From the NCBI GenBank assembly GCA_032128415.1, contig JAQBGW010000165.1:1481-65480 (forward strand): a DNA stretch of 64,000 nt, given 5' to 3'. The translations under genes and the position numbers were made by a program. Positions 9,364 through 17,565 of this stretch are shown one piece after another. Under the pieces are notes generated by a model. The model was given only the letters and a program-made list of their open reading frames with translations. It was not told where the DNA came from and made no database searches. The DNA comes from Betaproteobacteria bacterium (lineage in GTDB: Bacteria; Pseudomonadota; Gammaproteobacteria; Burkholderiales; SG8-41). How positions within the stretch are numbered: the first letter of the stretch is position 1; every line of letters begins with the position of its first letter.

Positions 9364-10326
9364 TTACCTCACCTGCAGCTTGCGTGCCACGATAATCTTC
9401 GCCCAGCGCCCGCTTTCTTCCTTGATCGCCTTGGCGAATTCCGCTGAATCGTTGCCGACCGGGACCATGCCCAGGTCGTTAAAACGCTTGATGATTGCCG
9501 AATCGCCCAACGCGGCAACCGTGTCTTTGTGGATTTTGGCGATCACTGCCTTCGGCGTTCCAGCAGGCACCATGAAACCAAACCAACCGAGATTCTCGAA
9601 ACCGGGCAGCGTTTCCGCAACCGCCGGCACATCGGGCAACTGCTTCGAGCGGTCCTTGCTCGTCACCGCCAATGCGCGCAATCTTCCGGATCTGACGAAA
9701 TTGATCGCCGCTGCAAGATTGGGTGTCACGAACTGGATTTGTCCGCCCAGAAGATCGCCGATAGCCGGCGCCTCACCCTTGTAGGGGATGTGCACCACGT
9801 CGATGCCCGCGGTGTATATGAAATTCTCACCAGCGAGATGGGTTTGTGTGCCGATGCCAGCCGAGCCGAAGGTCACGCCTTTTGACTTTGACTTGGCCAT
9901 GTCAATCAGATCTTTGACGGTCTTTGCCGAAAAACTCGGATTCACGACGATCGCCTGTGGTCCGCTGGCGACGTTGGTCACCGCAACAAGATCCTTCTCA
10001 GCGTTGTATGGCAGCTTCCGGTATATGTGCTGGTTGGCGGTGACGATGGAACCCGAAGTCATGAACAGGGTGTAACCGTCGGCCGGAGCTTTGGCCGAGA
10101 GATCAGCGCCGATGTTGCCGCCGGCACCTGCACGGTTATCAACCACTATGGTCTGCCCCCAGATCTGCGTCAGCTTCTGCGACACGACGCGCGTGACAAT
10201 GTCGGTCGCTCCGCCTGCCGAAAACGGCACGATGACGCGAACCGGCTTGGCTGGATAGCTCTGGGCCGCTGCTGAAATAGATACACATAACGCTCCCGCC
10301 ATCAAAATCAGTGCCGCTTGACGCAT
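9364..10326 (-). CDS. TctC/Bug substrate-binding protein
   Basis: Signal peptide, YPAKPVRVIVPFSAGGATD, DNRAGAGG, PYKG; CAGGAG RBS. Confidence 0.94.
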   Translation of the reverse strand: MRQAALILMAGALCVSISAAAQSYPAKPVRVIVPFSAGGATDIVTRVVSQKLTQIWGQTIVVDNRAGAGGNIGADLSAKAPADGYTLFMTSGSIVTANQHIYRKLPYNAEKDLVAVTNVASGPQAIVVNPSFSAKTVKDLIDMAKSKSKGVTFGSAGIGTQTHLAGENFIYTAGIDVVHIPYKGEAPAIGDLLGGQIQFVTPNLAAAINFVRSGRLRALAVTSKDRSKQLPDVPAVAETLPGFENLGWFGFMVPAGTPKAVIAKIHKDTVAALGDSAIIKRFNDLGMVPVGNDSAEFAKAIKEESGRWAKIIVARKLQVR

Positions 10327-10415
10327 GTTTTTTCTCCTGGGTTTAGTCATTGCATGCAAATTGTTAACTGATTCAAGATACTCCTTGCCTGTGGCGCTAG
10401 CAAGATTCCGGTGCA

Positions 10416-11837
10416 CTACAGCCCGAGTGCATCGGCTGTAAGTTTGCGCAGTTCTTTATTCATTTTTTCCCGCAGGGTCCGGTATGCCGGGCGCCGCGCG
10501 ACATTGACGAGTTCATAGGGATCCTTGTCGAGGTCATACAGCTCATCCAGTTCGCCGTTGCGCGCACGATTGACCCAGTGGATGTACTTGTAGCGGTCGG
10601 TGCGCACCGCCTTGTAAGTCATGTTGACCAGCCAGGGATAAGCGTTCTCGGCCCAGTATTCGATGAATATGGATTTACGCCATCCGGCGCGTTTACCCTT
10701 GATCAACGGCAGCACCGATCGGCCTTGAATATGCACGCCGGGCTTGCCGCCGGCGATTTCGATCAGCGTCGGCGCGAGATCCTGCAGAATCACCAGATCA
10801 CGGATACGCGATCCCGGCTTGATGGATTTCGGCCAACGGATGGTCAATGGCGAACGAATGCCTTCTTCGTAGGCAAAGCGCCGCTCCGGCCCGATGCCGT
10901 GTTCGCCGAAAAAATAACCATTGTCGCCGAGGAACAGAATCACCGTATTGTCGAGTTCACCCGTCTCCTCCAGCGTCTTGAGAATCATGCCGACACCTTC
11001 ATCCACCGCAGCCATCATCGCCGCGCGCAGACGGATTTCTTCCTGCTTGCCGGAATGGATGGCGTCGTGCATGACTCTGGATGCCTCGTTCTTGCGCAAC
11101 TCGACAGCTTCGGCCCACACCGGCTTGTGCTTGAGAAACTCTTTCGGTTGCTGCATGTTGGGTTTTTTCGGGAACACACAGCCCCGGTAGAGATTTTCAT
11201 GGCGTTTCGCCGGGCGATAACCATCCATTTTGAACGAGCCGTCAGCTGCCTGCTCGGCATCGGGATGCACCGCCTTGTGCGCAAACCACAGCGACCACGG
11301 CTTGTCGTGTTTGCGTCGGTCTTTGCTACTGAGCCAGTCCACCGCCATGGTGTTCATGATGTCGGTAACGTAGCCCTGATGCTGCACGTACCGGCCGTTT
11401 TCATTGAGCTTCGGGTTATAAAGATTGCCGTGACCGTCGTAAGCCACCCAGAAATCGTATCCGGGCCGTGGCTTGCCGTCGTTGCCCATGTGCCATTTGC
11501 CGATGTGTGCAGTCTCGTAACCGAGCTTCTGCAATTCGAGGTGGTAATTCGGCAGCCGATGACTCGCCAGATCACGGGCGACGTTGTCGATGATGCCGTG
11601 GCGACTGGCGTACTGGCCAGAAAGTATCGAAGCGCGATTGGGCGAGCAGATCGGCGTGGTATGAAACGCGCGCTCAAACAGCACGCCTTCGTGCGCGATA
11701 CGGTCGATATGCGGCGTCTTCATGTACGGATGGCCACCGGCACCGAACTCGTCGAAGCGCAGATCATCCACCAGGATCAGCAGCAGGTTCGGTTGCTTGC
11801 GTTTACTTGTTTTCACGAGCGCCCTCTTTATCGTCAT
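10416..11837 (-). CDS. Formylglycine-dependent (Cys-type) sulfatase
   Basis: PNLLLILVDD, CSPNR (CxPxR), GKWH, DNG, ELYDL..DPYE motifs; no hydrophobic signal peptide. Confidence 0.92.
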   Translation of the reverse strand: MTIKRALVKTSKRKQPNLLLILVDDLRFDEFGAGGHPYMKTPHIDRIAHEGVLFERAFHTTPICSPNRASILSGQYASRHGIIDNVARDLASHRLPNYHLELQKLGYETAHIGKWHMGNDGKPRPGYDFWVAYDGHGNLYNPKLNENGRYVQHQGYVTDIMNTMAVDWLSSKDRRKHDKPWSLWFAHKAVHPDAEQAADGSFKMDGYRPAKRHENLYRGCVFPKKPNMQQPKEFLKHKPVWAEAVELRKNEASRVMHDAIHSGKQEEIRLRAAMMAAVDEGVGMILKTLEETGELDNTVILFLGDNGYFFGEHGIGPERRFAYEEGIRSPLTIRWPKSIKPGSRIRDLVILQDLAPTLIEIAGGKPGVHIQGRSVLPLIKGKRAGWRKSIFIEYWAENAYPWLVNMTYKAVRTDRYKYIHWVNRARNGELDELYDLDKDPYELVNVARRPAYRTLREKMNKELRKLTADALGL

Positions 11838-11846
11838 GGTTACGCA

Positions 11847-12194
11847 TCACACCAGGTTGAGCAAAAACGACAACCCGGCAACCAGCGACACGCCTGCGGC
11901 TGCCGCGAGCAGTGTTTTCTGCCACTCACGCCATTCCAGAAATTCCAGCGCCAGCACACGCAAGCCACCCGCCATGTGCGCGGCGAGCAGCAGCACCAAT
12001 CCTGTTTCCGCGAATTTCACCAACGGCTGTTCGGTCCAGCGCAGGAAACCATCGAGCTTTGCTGCGCCGTGCAGGGCCTGGCCCAGCGCCCAGAAATGCA
12101 GCGGCAGGAACAGGGCGAGCAGCAGTCCGGACGCGCGATACACAATGAATGCCCAATACGCCGGGTGGTTGCGTGCGCGAATATCGTTTTTCAT
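11847..12194 (-). CDS. Succinate dehydrogenase-like cytochrome b membrane anchor (SdhC-like)
   Basis: Three TM helices, YRASG, LPLHF, AAHMAGGLR; ATGA overlap with the upstream anchor gene. Confidence 0.82.
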   Translation of the reverse strand: MKNDIRARNHPAYWAFIVYRASGLLLALFLPLHFWALGQALHGAAKLDGFLRWTEQPLVKFAETGLVLLLAAHMAGGLRVLALEFLEWREWQKTLLAAAAGVSLVAGLSFLLNLV

Positions 12195-12541
12195 GCGGCG
12201 CCTCCGCCGAACACTGCAATCACTGCGCGCATGCCCCACAGCAGCAGCAACAGTGCCACTGCGCCGGCCAACAAATCAAGTCCGCGACTGCGCCAGTTGC
12301 AGGTCTCGGCGAGTATGGTGCGCAGGCCGATCGGCGCGTGTACGGCGACGGCGACGACAAACAGCGTATAAAAAATCAGCCAGCCGTTATTGCCCTGCGT
12401 GCGGCCGAGTATCTCGGCGGCGCTGAGCCCGCTACGCACCGCATAGATCATGGTCACGAGGTGTACGGCCACACACAGCGCGAGTACTGCCGCACTCGCG
12501 CGTTGTGCGCCCCACAGCAGAACCTCGCTGCGGCGATTCAT
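12191..12541 (-). CDS. Succinate dehydrogenase-like membrane anchor (SdhD-like)
   Basis: Three TM helices, QRASA, AVH, AVHAPIGLRTI. Confidence 0.8.
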   Translation of the reverse strand: MNRRSEVLLWGAQRASAAVLALCVAVHLVTMIYAVRSGLSAAEILGRTQGNNGWLIFYTLFVVAVAVHAPIGLRTILAETCNWRSRGLDLLAGAVALLLLLWGMRAVIAVFGGGAA

Positions 12542-12587
12542 GGCACACCTGCCGAACTTAGATATAACCTGTTGATTTTATTCATTT

Positions 12588-13301
12588 TTATATTTCTCCT
12601 GCCAGCGTTGCAGCCAGCACTGCACGCTTCAGCCCGGCGATACCGGCGGTCGGCGACAATCCTTTGGGGCAACGTTCGGTGCAACTGATATGGGTATGAC
12701 AGGCATGACAACCGGCGTCGCCCGCTACCGCCGCCAGTCGTTCGGTGCGCGCGGTATCGCGCACGTCATTGATCAGCGTCCACGCACGGTTGAGCGCTGC
12801 GGGACCGAGATAATCCTTGTTCCAGGTAACCACGTCGCAGGCGCTGTAACAAACACCGCAACCGATGCACTCGATGCCGGCATCGACGCGCTTGCGCTGC
12901 TTCGACTCGGGCGAGACTTTGGCAAAAGCGTCTTTACGTGTAGTGCTGCCTTTAAAACTGCCGCGGGCACGCGCCCATTTGTCGAAAAATTCGCGCATGT
13001 CAGTGACCAGATCCTTGATCACCGGCAGATTGCGCAGCGGCGCGATTTCCACTTTGCCGTCTTTGGCGACTTTCGACACATGCGTGCGGCAGGTCCAGCG
13101 CGATACGCCGTTAACCGTCATTGCACACGACCCGCAAACACCCACGCGGCAGGCAAAACGGTAGGCGAGTGTTGAATCGCACTTGCGCTGCACGTAGGTC
13201 ACCACGTCGAGCACAGTCTGGCTTTCCTGCCGCGGCACCTCAAAATCCTGGAAGCCACCCTCCTCAGTGCCGCGCCAGATTCTGACTTGCAGGGTATCCA
13301 T
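12588..13301 (-). CDS. SDH/FRD iron-sulfur subunit
   Basis: CRVGVCGSC..C (2Fe-2S), CIGCGVCYSAC and CHTHISCTERCP cluster motifs. Confidence 0.93.
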   Translation of the reverse strand: MDTLQVRIWRGTEEGGFQDFEVPRQESQTVLDVVTYVQRKCDSTLAYRFACRVGVCGSCAMTVNGVSRWTCRTHVSKVAKDGKVEIAPLRNLPVIKDLVTDMREFFDKWARARGSFKGSTTRKDAFAKVSPESKQRKRVDAGIECIGCGVCYSACDVVTWNKDYLGPAALNRAWTLINDVRDTARTERLAAVAGDAGCHACHTHISCTERCPKGLSPTAGIAGLKRAVLAATLAGEI

Positions 13302-13311
13302 GGGCTGCCTT

Positions 13312-14964
13312 CTAATGTGTCGCAGCCGGCCCGCCGGCAGTGACCGTCGGCGCGGCCAGTCGCTGAATCATGACATTGACGCAGGCCGGTTTGCCGCTGG
13401 CCATCGCGCGCTGGATGGCCGGGCGTAATTCTCCGGCACAGGTCACCAGTTCGCCGTGACCGCCGAGTGCCGCCACCGCCAGGTCGTAACGCGTAGCCAG
13501 CAATTCGCAACCAAGTGCGCGCGCCTTGCCATAAGTCCGCAACTGAATCTGATGTTCGGCGTTCCAGCAGGCATCATTGCCGACAACAATGACAAAAGGC
13601 AGCTTCTCCCGCACCGCCGTATCGAACTCCATCAGGTGATATCCAAAACCGCCGTCACCCATCATGACAATCACCGGCGCCTGCGTACGCGCCATGCGCG
13701 CGGCCAATGCAAACGGCACGCCGCTACCGATGGAACCACCGGGGCCGTTGATGATACGCGTGGGTGCCGACACACAGGCCTGCCCCCACTGGGCAAACTC
13801 GCCGCCGTCGACAATGAATACCGCATCGGGCGACGCATTCAGCACTTCCTGTACCGCGCGACTCACTTCGACCGGGTGTGGTGGACCGGCATCGCCGGTA
13901 TTGATATCGCGCCAGTCCGCGGGCCGGAATGTCATTGCATCGACAACTTCCTTGAACCAGGCATCGCCGGACTTGCGCTGACCCGCCTTGATCAATGCAC
14001 TCACCGCAGCGACCGTATCCGCCTGCACCGACATCACCACGCGTGCTGCGCCCAGATTGGCGGTCGCCCGTTGCAGCACTTCGACGTCGGGATCGATAAC
14101 CGCAAAACGGCAATCCGCGGCAATCGCCGTTATCTGCCCGAAATGCAGTGAAAAATCAGGGCGCTTGCCGATCAGCACCACCAGATCCGCACGCGCCAGC
14201 ACGCCGGCAAAAGCACCGATGCTGGCATCCTTGGTGCCGCGCGGACTCTCCATGCATACAGCCGGCACACCAGTGGCGGCAGCGAGTTGCCTGACCTTTG
14301 CCGACACCGGCGCGTGCGACATCACCGGACCGAGCACAATCAGCGGTCGCACTGCGGATTTCAATAATGTCTGCAGCGCGGTAACGGATTTTGGATCCAG
14401 CGGATTTTCCACGGCGGCGAAATCAGCGGGCCGCGCCAGCCGATCAGCACCGTCGGTGACTTTCGCTTCCAGCACATCGAAGGGCAGGCTCAGATGTACG
14501 GGTCCGGGACGTCCGGAGCACGCAATGCGGCAGGCTTTGGCAATATCTGCGCCGAGTGACTCGGCGCTCGCCGCCGTCCACGAGGCCTTGACCACCGGCG
14601 CCGCAAGGTCAGCCTGGCGCATTTCCTGGAACGATCCGCGCCCCAACTCATTGAGTGGTGCATGTCCGGACAGCAGCACCATGGGGGAATCCGAGGCGAG
14701 CGCCGTGTATAGCGCACCAACGCCGTTGGCATGTCCGGGGCCGCCGGTGAGCAGTGCGATGCCGGGTTCGCCGGTCAGCCGCCCCCAGGCATCGGCCATA
14801 TGCACCGCCGCACCTTCATAGCGCACGTGGGTAATGGCAAGTTTGGCTTCGATGGCGGCGTCATAGACCGGCATGATGTGATTGCCGGACAGCGAAAAAA
14901 TTCGACGCAGCCCGGCTTGCGCCAGTGAGCGCGCAAGGATATCGGCGCCGCGGAGTGTGCTCAT
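13312..14964 (-). CDS. Thiamine diphosphate-dependent enzyme (acetolactate synthase-like superfamily)
   Basis: HVRYEGAAVHMADA catalytic Glu region, GRPGPV, GDG..(x24)..GND ThDP-binding motif. Confidence 0.9.
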   Translation of the reverse strand: MSTLRGADILARSLAQAGLRRIFSLSGNHIMPVYDAAIEAKLAITHVRYEGAAVHMADAWGRLTGEPGIALLTGGPGHANGVGALYTALASDSPMVLLSGHAPLNELGRGSFQEMRQADLAAPVVKASWTAASAESLGADIAKACRIACSGRPGPVHLSLPFDVLEAKVTDGADRLARPADFAAVENPLDPKSVTALQTLLKSAVRPLIVLGPVMSHAPVSAKVRQLAAATGVPAVCMESPRGTKDASIGAFAGVLARADLVVLIGKRPDFSLHFGQITAIAADCRFAVIDPDVEVLQRATANLGAARVVMSVQADTVAAVSALIKAGQRKSGDAWFKEVVDAMTFRPADWRDINTGDAGPPHPVEVSRAVQEVLNASPDAVFIVDGGEFAQWGQACVSAPTRIINGPGGSIGSGVPFALAARMARTQAPVIVMMGDGGFGYHLMEFDTAVREKLPFVIVVGNDACWNAEHQIQLRTYGKARALGCELLATRYDLAVAALGGHGELVTCAGELRPAIQRAMASGKPACVNVMIQRLAAPTVTAGGPAATH

Positions 14965-15080
14965 CGGTGGGCGTTGCTATTTCACAAAATACTTCAAAAA
15001 ATCAGAAATCACGGAATCCTGCGGACGGCCGCTGCGCAAAATATGGCGCCACGGCCGCGGGCAGACTGTCTGCGATCGGC

Positions 15081-16250
15081 TTACGCGCTTTCGTACAGGC
15101 GCGTCATCACAAATTCATTGTGGCCCAGCGCCTCGGCAGCGGTCAGACGGCCGTTGCAGGTGCGCAGCATCACTTCGACCAATTCATCGCCGGTCTGGTC
15201 GAGATTCTTCTCCCGCTGCAGCAAGCCGGAGCAATCGTAATCGACATGCTCCGACATCGTGCGCACGGTGCGCGGATTGGCCGTGAGCTTGATCACCGGA
15301 ATAATCGGATTGCCGATGACGTTGCCCTGGCCGGTCGGAAACAGATGCACCACATAACCGGAGGCCGCACACAGCGTGACCATTTCCGCCGCAGCCGAGG
15401 ATGAATCCATAAACCACAGTCCCGGCTTGGTTGGCTCTTCGGCCTTGTCGAGCACACCGATAACTTTGCACTTTTTGCCGATTTTCGCGATGTTGCCCAG
15501 CGCTTTTTCCTCGATCGTGGTCAGGCCGCCGGCGATATTGCCCTTGGTCGGCTGCGAATCGGACAGGTCGCTGGTCTTGTGGCGTTCGATGATTGCCTGG
15601 TAGCGGTCGAACATTTTCATGAACTGCTCCCGCACTTCAGGCGTCGCGCAGCGGTCGGCCACGATATTCTCGCCGCCGGTAATCTCAGTGGTCTCGCCGA
15701 AGCACATGGTGACCCCAAGCGGCTCGAGTTTGTCGAATGCGCTGCCGACGGTGGGATTGGAGCCGCAGCCGGAAGTGGTGTCAGATTCGCCGCACTTGGT
15801 CGAAACCCACAGGTCGCTGATCGGACATTGCTCGCGCTGCAGCTCGGAGGCCCACTGCACGTATTCCTTGGCGACTTTGGAGGCGCGCAGGATGGTGTCA
15901 TGGTCACCGTGCATCTCGATACCGAAGCCGGTGACCGGCTTGCCGGTCTTGGCAATACCATCGACAACTTTCTTGGCCCATCCTTCTTCGATGCAGATCA
16001 CCACCACGGCGGCGACATTCGGATTGGCACCCGCGCCGATCAGCGTACGGAAATGCAGATCCAGGTCGGCGCCAAACTGCAGCCGGCCATAGGGATGCGG
16101 AATCGCGATTGCGCCTTTGACGTTGTTGGCAACCGCTTCGGCAGCGGCGTTCGACAGATCGTCGACCGGCAAAATGACGACATGGTTGCGGACGCCGACG
16201 CGGCCATTCTCGCGGCGATAGCCGGAGAAAGTGGTTTTACTGTTGATCAT
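15081..16250 (-). CDS. suyB: UxaA-family hydro-lyase, likely (R)-sulfolactate sulfo-lyase beta subunit
   Basis: [53 protein letters not shown] match the SuyB subtype; follows a separate SAF gene. Confidence 0.8.
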   Translation of the reverse strand: MINSKTTFSGYRRENGRVGVRNHVVILPVDDLSNAAAEAVANNVKGAIAIPHPYGRLQFGADLDLHFRTLIGAGANPNVAAVVVICIEEGWAKKVVDGIAKTGKPVTGFGIEMHGDHDTILRASKVAKEYVQWASELQREQCPISDLWVSTKCGESDTTSGCGSNPTVGSAFDKLEPLGVTMCFGETTEITGGENIVADRCATPEVREQFMKMFDRYQAIIERHKTSDLSDSQPTKGNIAGGLTTIEEKALGNIAKIGKKCKVIGVLDKAEEPTKPGLWFMDSSSAAAEMVTLCAASGYVVHLFPTGQGNVIGNPIIPVIKLTANPRTVRTMSEHVDYDCSGLLQREKNLDQTGDELVEVMLRTCNGRLTAAEALGHNEFVMTRLYESA

Positions 16251-16319
16251 TTTTAACCTCGTTAATTGTGTACGGGGAAGCGGATGAACGGGAGGATGCA
16301 GTTCGGAAACAACTGTGAC

Positions 16320-16601
16320 CTACCAGCGCTTGGTCTTGATATTGTGGACATGAGCGTGCTCGCCCACTTTGATGTCGGCTACCGCCTTGCCGATATCGAA
16401 ACCGTATTTGATGATGGTGTCGCCCTTCTTGATTTCACGGAGCGCCGCCTTGTGGCCGATGGGAATGTCGTTGAGGGCCTTGACCTTGATCGTGGAGTCG
16501 TCTTCCATCACCCAGCCGACCATTTCCTGTCCGGATTTGATGCCTTCGATGACAGCTACGCCGACCGTGTCTTTTTTGTCGTGTACCAACAGGTGAATCA
16601 T
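16320..16601 (-). CDS. suyA: SAF-domain protein, likely sulfolactate sulfo-lyase alpha subunit
   Basis: 93 aa, DTVGVA, DIPIGHKAAL, IKYG, GEHAHVHNIKTKRW; AGGAGG RBS. Confidence 0.8.
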   Translation of the reverse strand: MIHLLVHDKKDTVGVAVIEGIKSGQEMVGWVMEDDSTIKVKALNDIPIGHKAALREIKKGDTIIKYGFDIGKAVADIKVGEHAHVHNIKTKRW

Positions 16602-16670
16602 TTTGCCTCCTGGATGAATACCGCAACTGTGAATATAAGAGATGCAAAAACCAGCACTGCAGAGCCGGTG

Positions 16671-16717
16671 ATGCTAACCCCGGCACTTCCGACAAGTCAA
16701 CTATATGACCTATATGA
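16671..16717 (-). promoter_or_regulatory. Candidate sigma70 promoter of the suyA operon with adjacent CTATATGA direct repeat (putative GntR operator)
   Basis: Minus strand TTGACT (16700-16695), 18-nt spacer, TAGCAT (16676-16671); CTATATGA at 16701-16708 and 16710-16717. Confidence 0.5.
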
Positions 16718-16749
16718 ATCAGCCCCGGCGTGCTAGACTGCCGCACACC

Positions 16750-17526
16750 ATGATAGCCGCTCCCCATCCCGTTGCTGACAACCTGGCCGGAAACAATCTG
16801 ACCTCTGCTCCGCTCTACCGCGAGGTGCATTGGCGCATCACGCGGGCACTCGCTGAGGGCAAATGGAAACCGGGCGAAGCCATCCCCAGTGAATCGCGGT
16901 TAGCGGCGGATTTCAGCGTATCGATCGGCACCATCCGCCGCGCCATCGACGAGCTGGTCGCCGGACGCATCCTCGTACGCCAGCAGGGCCGCGGCACCTT
17001 CGTTGCCACACATACCGAAGACCGCACGCTGTTCTACTTTTTTCATATTGTCGGCAAGGATGGCGGTCGCGTGTTTCCGGTTTCTGAACTGCTGTCGTTC
17101 CGCAGAGAACGCGCCGATGCCGGCGACGAAGCCCAATTGAGCGTGGCGCGCGGCAGTCGGGTGGCGCGGGTACGCAATCTGCTCAAACTCGCCGACAAGC
17201 CGGTGGTGCTCGACGACATCACCGTTTCGACCGAGCGCTTCAAGCGCATCGACGAAGACACTTTCCGCAACCGTGAAGGTACGATTTACGGGCTTTATCA
17301 GGCGCGCTACGGCGTCAACGTGGTGCGTATCAACGAACGATTGTCGGCAGCACATCCGCCTGCGGATATCGCCGCAATACTCGGCATGCGTGCCAATCAG
17401 CCGGCACTGCATATTCGCCGCATCGCCTACACCTATAACGATTCACCGGTGGAACACCGGTTGAGCTGGATCAACTCAGCCGATCACGAGTATCTCAGTG
17501 ATCTGTGGAAAACCGCAGCGCAATAA
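16750..17526 (+). CDS. GntR/HutC-family transcriptional regulator with UTRA domain
   Basis: PLY..WKPGEAIPSE..VSIGTIRRAIDEL..GRGTFV wHTH plus UTRA C-terminus; divergent from suyA. Start could be 16705, 16714 or 16750. Confidence 0.92.
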   Translation: MIAAPHPVADNLAGNNLTSAPLYREVHWRITRALAEGKWKPGEAIPSESRLAADFSVSIGTIRRAIDELVAGRILVRQQGRGTFVATHTEDRTLFYFFHIVGKDGGRVFPVSELLSFRRERADAGDEAQLSVARGSRVARVRNLLKLADKPVVLDDITVSTERFKRIDEDTFRNREGTIYGLYQARYGVNVVRINERLSAAHPPADIAAILGMRANQPALHIRRIAYTYNDSPVEHRLSWINSADHEYLSDLWKTAAQ

Positions 17527-17565
17527 ACGCCGCCCGACTGCGCTGCCAGGGTCTGCTGACGAAAT

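Noticed and set aside
10327..10415. TTGCATGCAA palindrome and AT-rich gap upstream of tctC
   Set aside because: A single short palindrome with no second copy or clear promoter; insufficient support.
10578..12371. 597-aa plus-strand ORF, and similar long ORFs at 7866-9269, 32047-33534, 32684-34348, 38646-40052, 40392-42269 and 45497-46786
   Set aside because: They are antisense shadows of well-supported genes, expected from codon bias in GC-rich DNA, and have no recognisable motifs.
6060..13301. Naming the genes sdhABCD, frd, nadB or fumA/ttdAB
   Set aside because: Key residues differ, the gene order is non-canonical, and no nadAC, gltA or mdh context is present; only family-level calls are supportable.
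13312..14964. Calling the ThDP enzyme xsc or ilvB
   Set aside because: No pta or ilvH/ilvC neighbours, and the sequence is not recognisably either by eye.
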